Below are positions 63,246 to 64,000 of a DNA stretch of 64,000 nucleotides, piece after piece (within the stretch, counting starts at the first letter, position 1; the number at the start of each line of letters is the position of its first letter). Origin of the DNA: a virus; IMG/VR virus record IMGVR_UViG_3300045996_000592, positions 70,156 to 134,155 of that record; one strand, 5' to 3'. A program made the position numbers and the translations under genes. The notes beneath the pieces were generated by a model. That model ran no database searches and was not told the DNA's origin. It was given only the letters and a program-made list of their open reading frames with translations.

Positions 63246-64000
63246 ATGATAGAAAAATTAACACCAGAGCAGGAGTCAAAGATGGCAGAAACCCGGGAGT
63301 ACTGGACTAACTATATCTTTTCCTGTAAGAATTCTATAGATAAGCAGAAAGCTGATATCGGAATAGAACGACTATATAAGATGGCTGGTTATAAGAAACC
63401 AGTAATTATCTACCTAGATAGTCCCTTAGGGTGTCAGTACGCCGGAAATATCCTAAAAAGCCTGAAGTTTGAAAAATTGGATCAAGTGGGGGCTCAAGTG
63501 GGGGCTCAAGTGTGGGCTCAAGTGGGGGCTCAAGTGAGGGATCAAGTGGGGGCTCAAGTGAGGGATCAAGTGGGGGCTCAAGTGTGGGATCAAGTGAGGG
63601 CTCAAGTGAGGGATCAAGTGGGGGCTCAAGTGAGGGCTCAAGTGTGGGATCAAGTGGGGGATCAAGTGGGGGCTCAAGTGGGGGCTCAAGTGAGGGATCA
63701 AGTGGGGGCTCAAGTGGGGGCTCAAGTGAGGGATCAAGTGGGGGCTCAAGTGAGGGATCAAGTGGGGGCTCAAGTGGGGGCTCAAGTGAGGGATCAAGTG
63801 GGGGCTCAAGTGAGGGCTCAAGTGAGGGATCAAGTGGGGGCTCAAGTGTGGGCTCAAGTGAGGGCTCAAGTGTGGGATCAAGTGGGGGCTCAAAAACTGG
63901 AAACATTCTCATTTGCATCTTATGGTTCTATTTACGATTACGGGTGGGTGTCATTTTTTGATTTTTTCACGCAGATCGGGATAATAAACCATAAAGGGTT
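63246..64000 (+). CDS. DUF6745-like protein with (D/A)QV(G/R/W) tetrapeptide repeats; runs off the window end
   Basis: MIEKLTPEQESKM..IERLYKMAG..IIYLDSP..[repeats]..YGWVSFFDFF; open to 64000; CACTAAAAAC leader. Confidence 0.8.
   Translation, partial: MIEKLTPEQESKMAETREYWTNYIFSCKNSIDKQKADIGIERLYKMAGYKKPVIIYLDSPLGCQYAGNILKSLKFEKLDQVGAQVGAQVWAQVGAQVRDQVGAQVRDQVGAQVWDQVRAQVRDQVGAQVRAQVWDQVGDQVGAQVGAQVRDQVGAQVGAQVRDQVGAQVRDQVGAQVGAQVRDQVGAQVRAQVRDQVGAQVWAQVRAQVWDQVGAQKLETFSFASYGSIYDYGWVSFFDFFTQIGIINHKG
63480..63893 (+). repeat. 12-bp tandem repeat, about 34.5 copies, G(A/C)TCAAGTG(G/A/T)GG
   Basis: Directly visible; coding within the DUF6745-like ORF. Confidence 0.97.

Noticed and set aside
63480-63893. 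CRISPR array or DGR variable repeat
   Set aside because: There are no unique spacers. The adenines of CAA never vary, and no template repeat or reverse transcriptase is visible in the window.
63406-63961. ORF-track proteins rich in EPPLDPSL, SPHLIPHL or GSSGGSSE
   Set aside because: Alternative frames of the 12-bp repeat. The real gene starts at 63246 with the conserved leader and non-repetitive flanks.
1-64000. Genome-wide stop-codon reassignment (common in some crAss-like phages)
   Set aside because: Core genes are intact in code 11, TAG and TGA end genes at coupled junctions, and no CTA or TCA suppressor anticodon is present. The TGA anticodon tRNA is an ordinary Ser.

Overview
This window is about 64 kb of a crAss-like (Crassvirales-type) podovirus of a Bacteroidota host, read in the standard genetic code. 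Positions 1-52,400 are mostly minus strand. They hold the virion module (cargo proteins, CHAP hydrolase, muzzle/stabilisation protein, ring proteins, Cys-rich/FN3 hub and fibre genes, auxiliary and major capsid proteins, scaffold, portal, TerL), PhoH, a roughly 8 kb glycosylation cassette, a PD-(D/E)XK nuclease, IHF-like genes and a tRNA operon. After a strand switch near 52.4 kb come a RepL-like gene and plus-strand early genes: a Mesh1-like HD hydrolase, PcfJ, DUF4325, an EF-Tu P-loop look-alike, a LemA-like pair and a DUF6745-like tetrapeptide-repeat protein. The most notable finding sits in front of the tRNA operon (Phe, Asp, a disrupted tRNA, Trp, Tyr, Ser-UGA, Ser-GCU, Cys). It is a 21-codon leader ORF (MTLT-NNFSNFCSWYD-TGRGIV) with mutually exclusive antiterminator and terminator hairpins. 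Its 11 consecutive core codons match the array's tRNA set, including one codon for each Ser isoacceptor. This suggests a ribosome-stalling attenuator that switches on phage tRNAs when those host tRNAs are depleted or cleaved. Several structured ncRNA candidates are also reported. All family assignments come from motif recognition and synteny, not from database searches.
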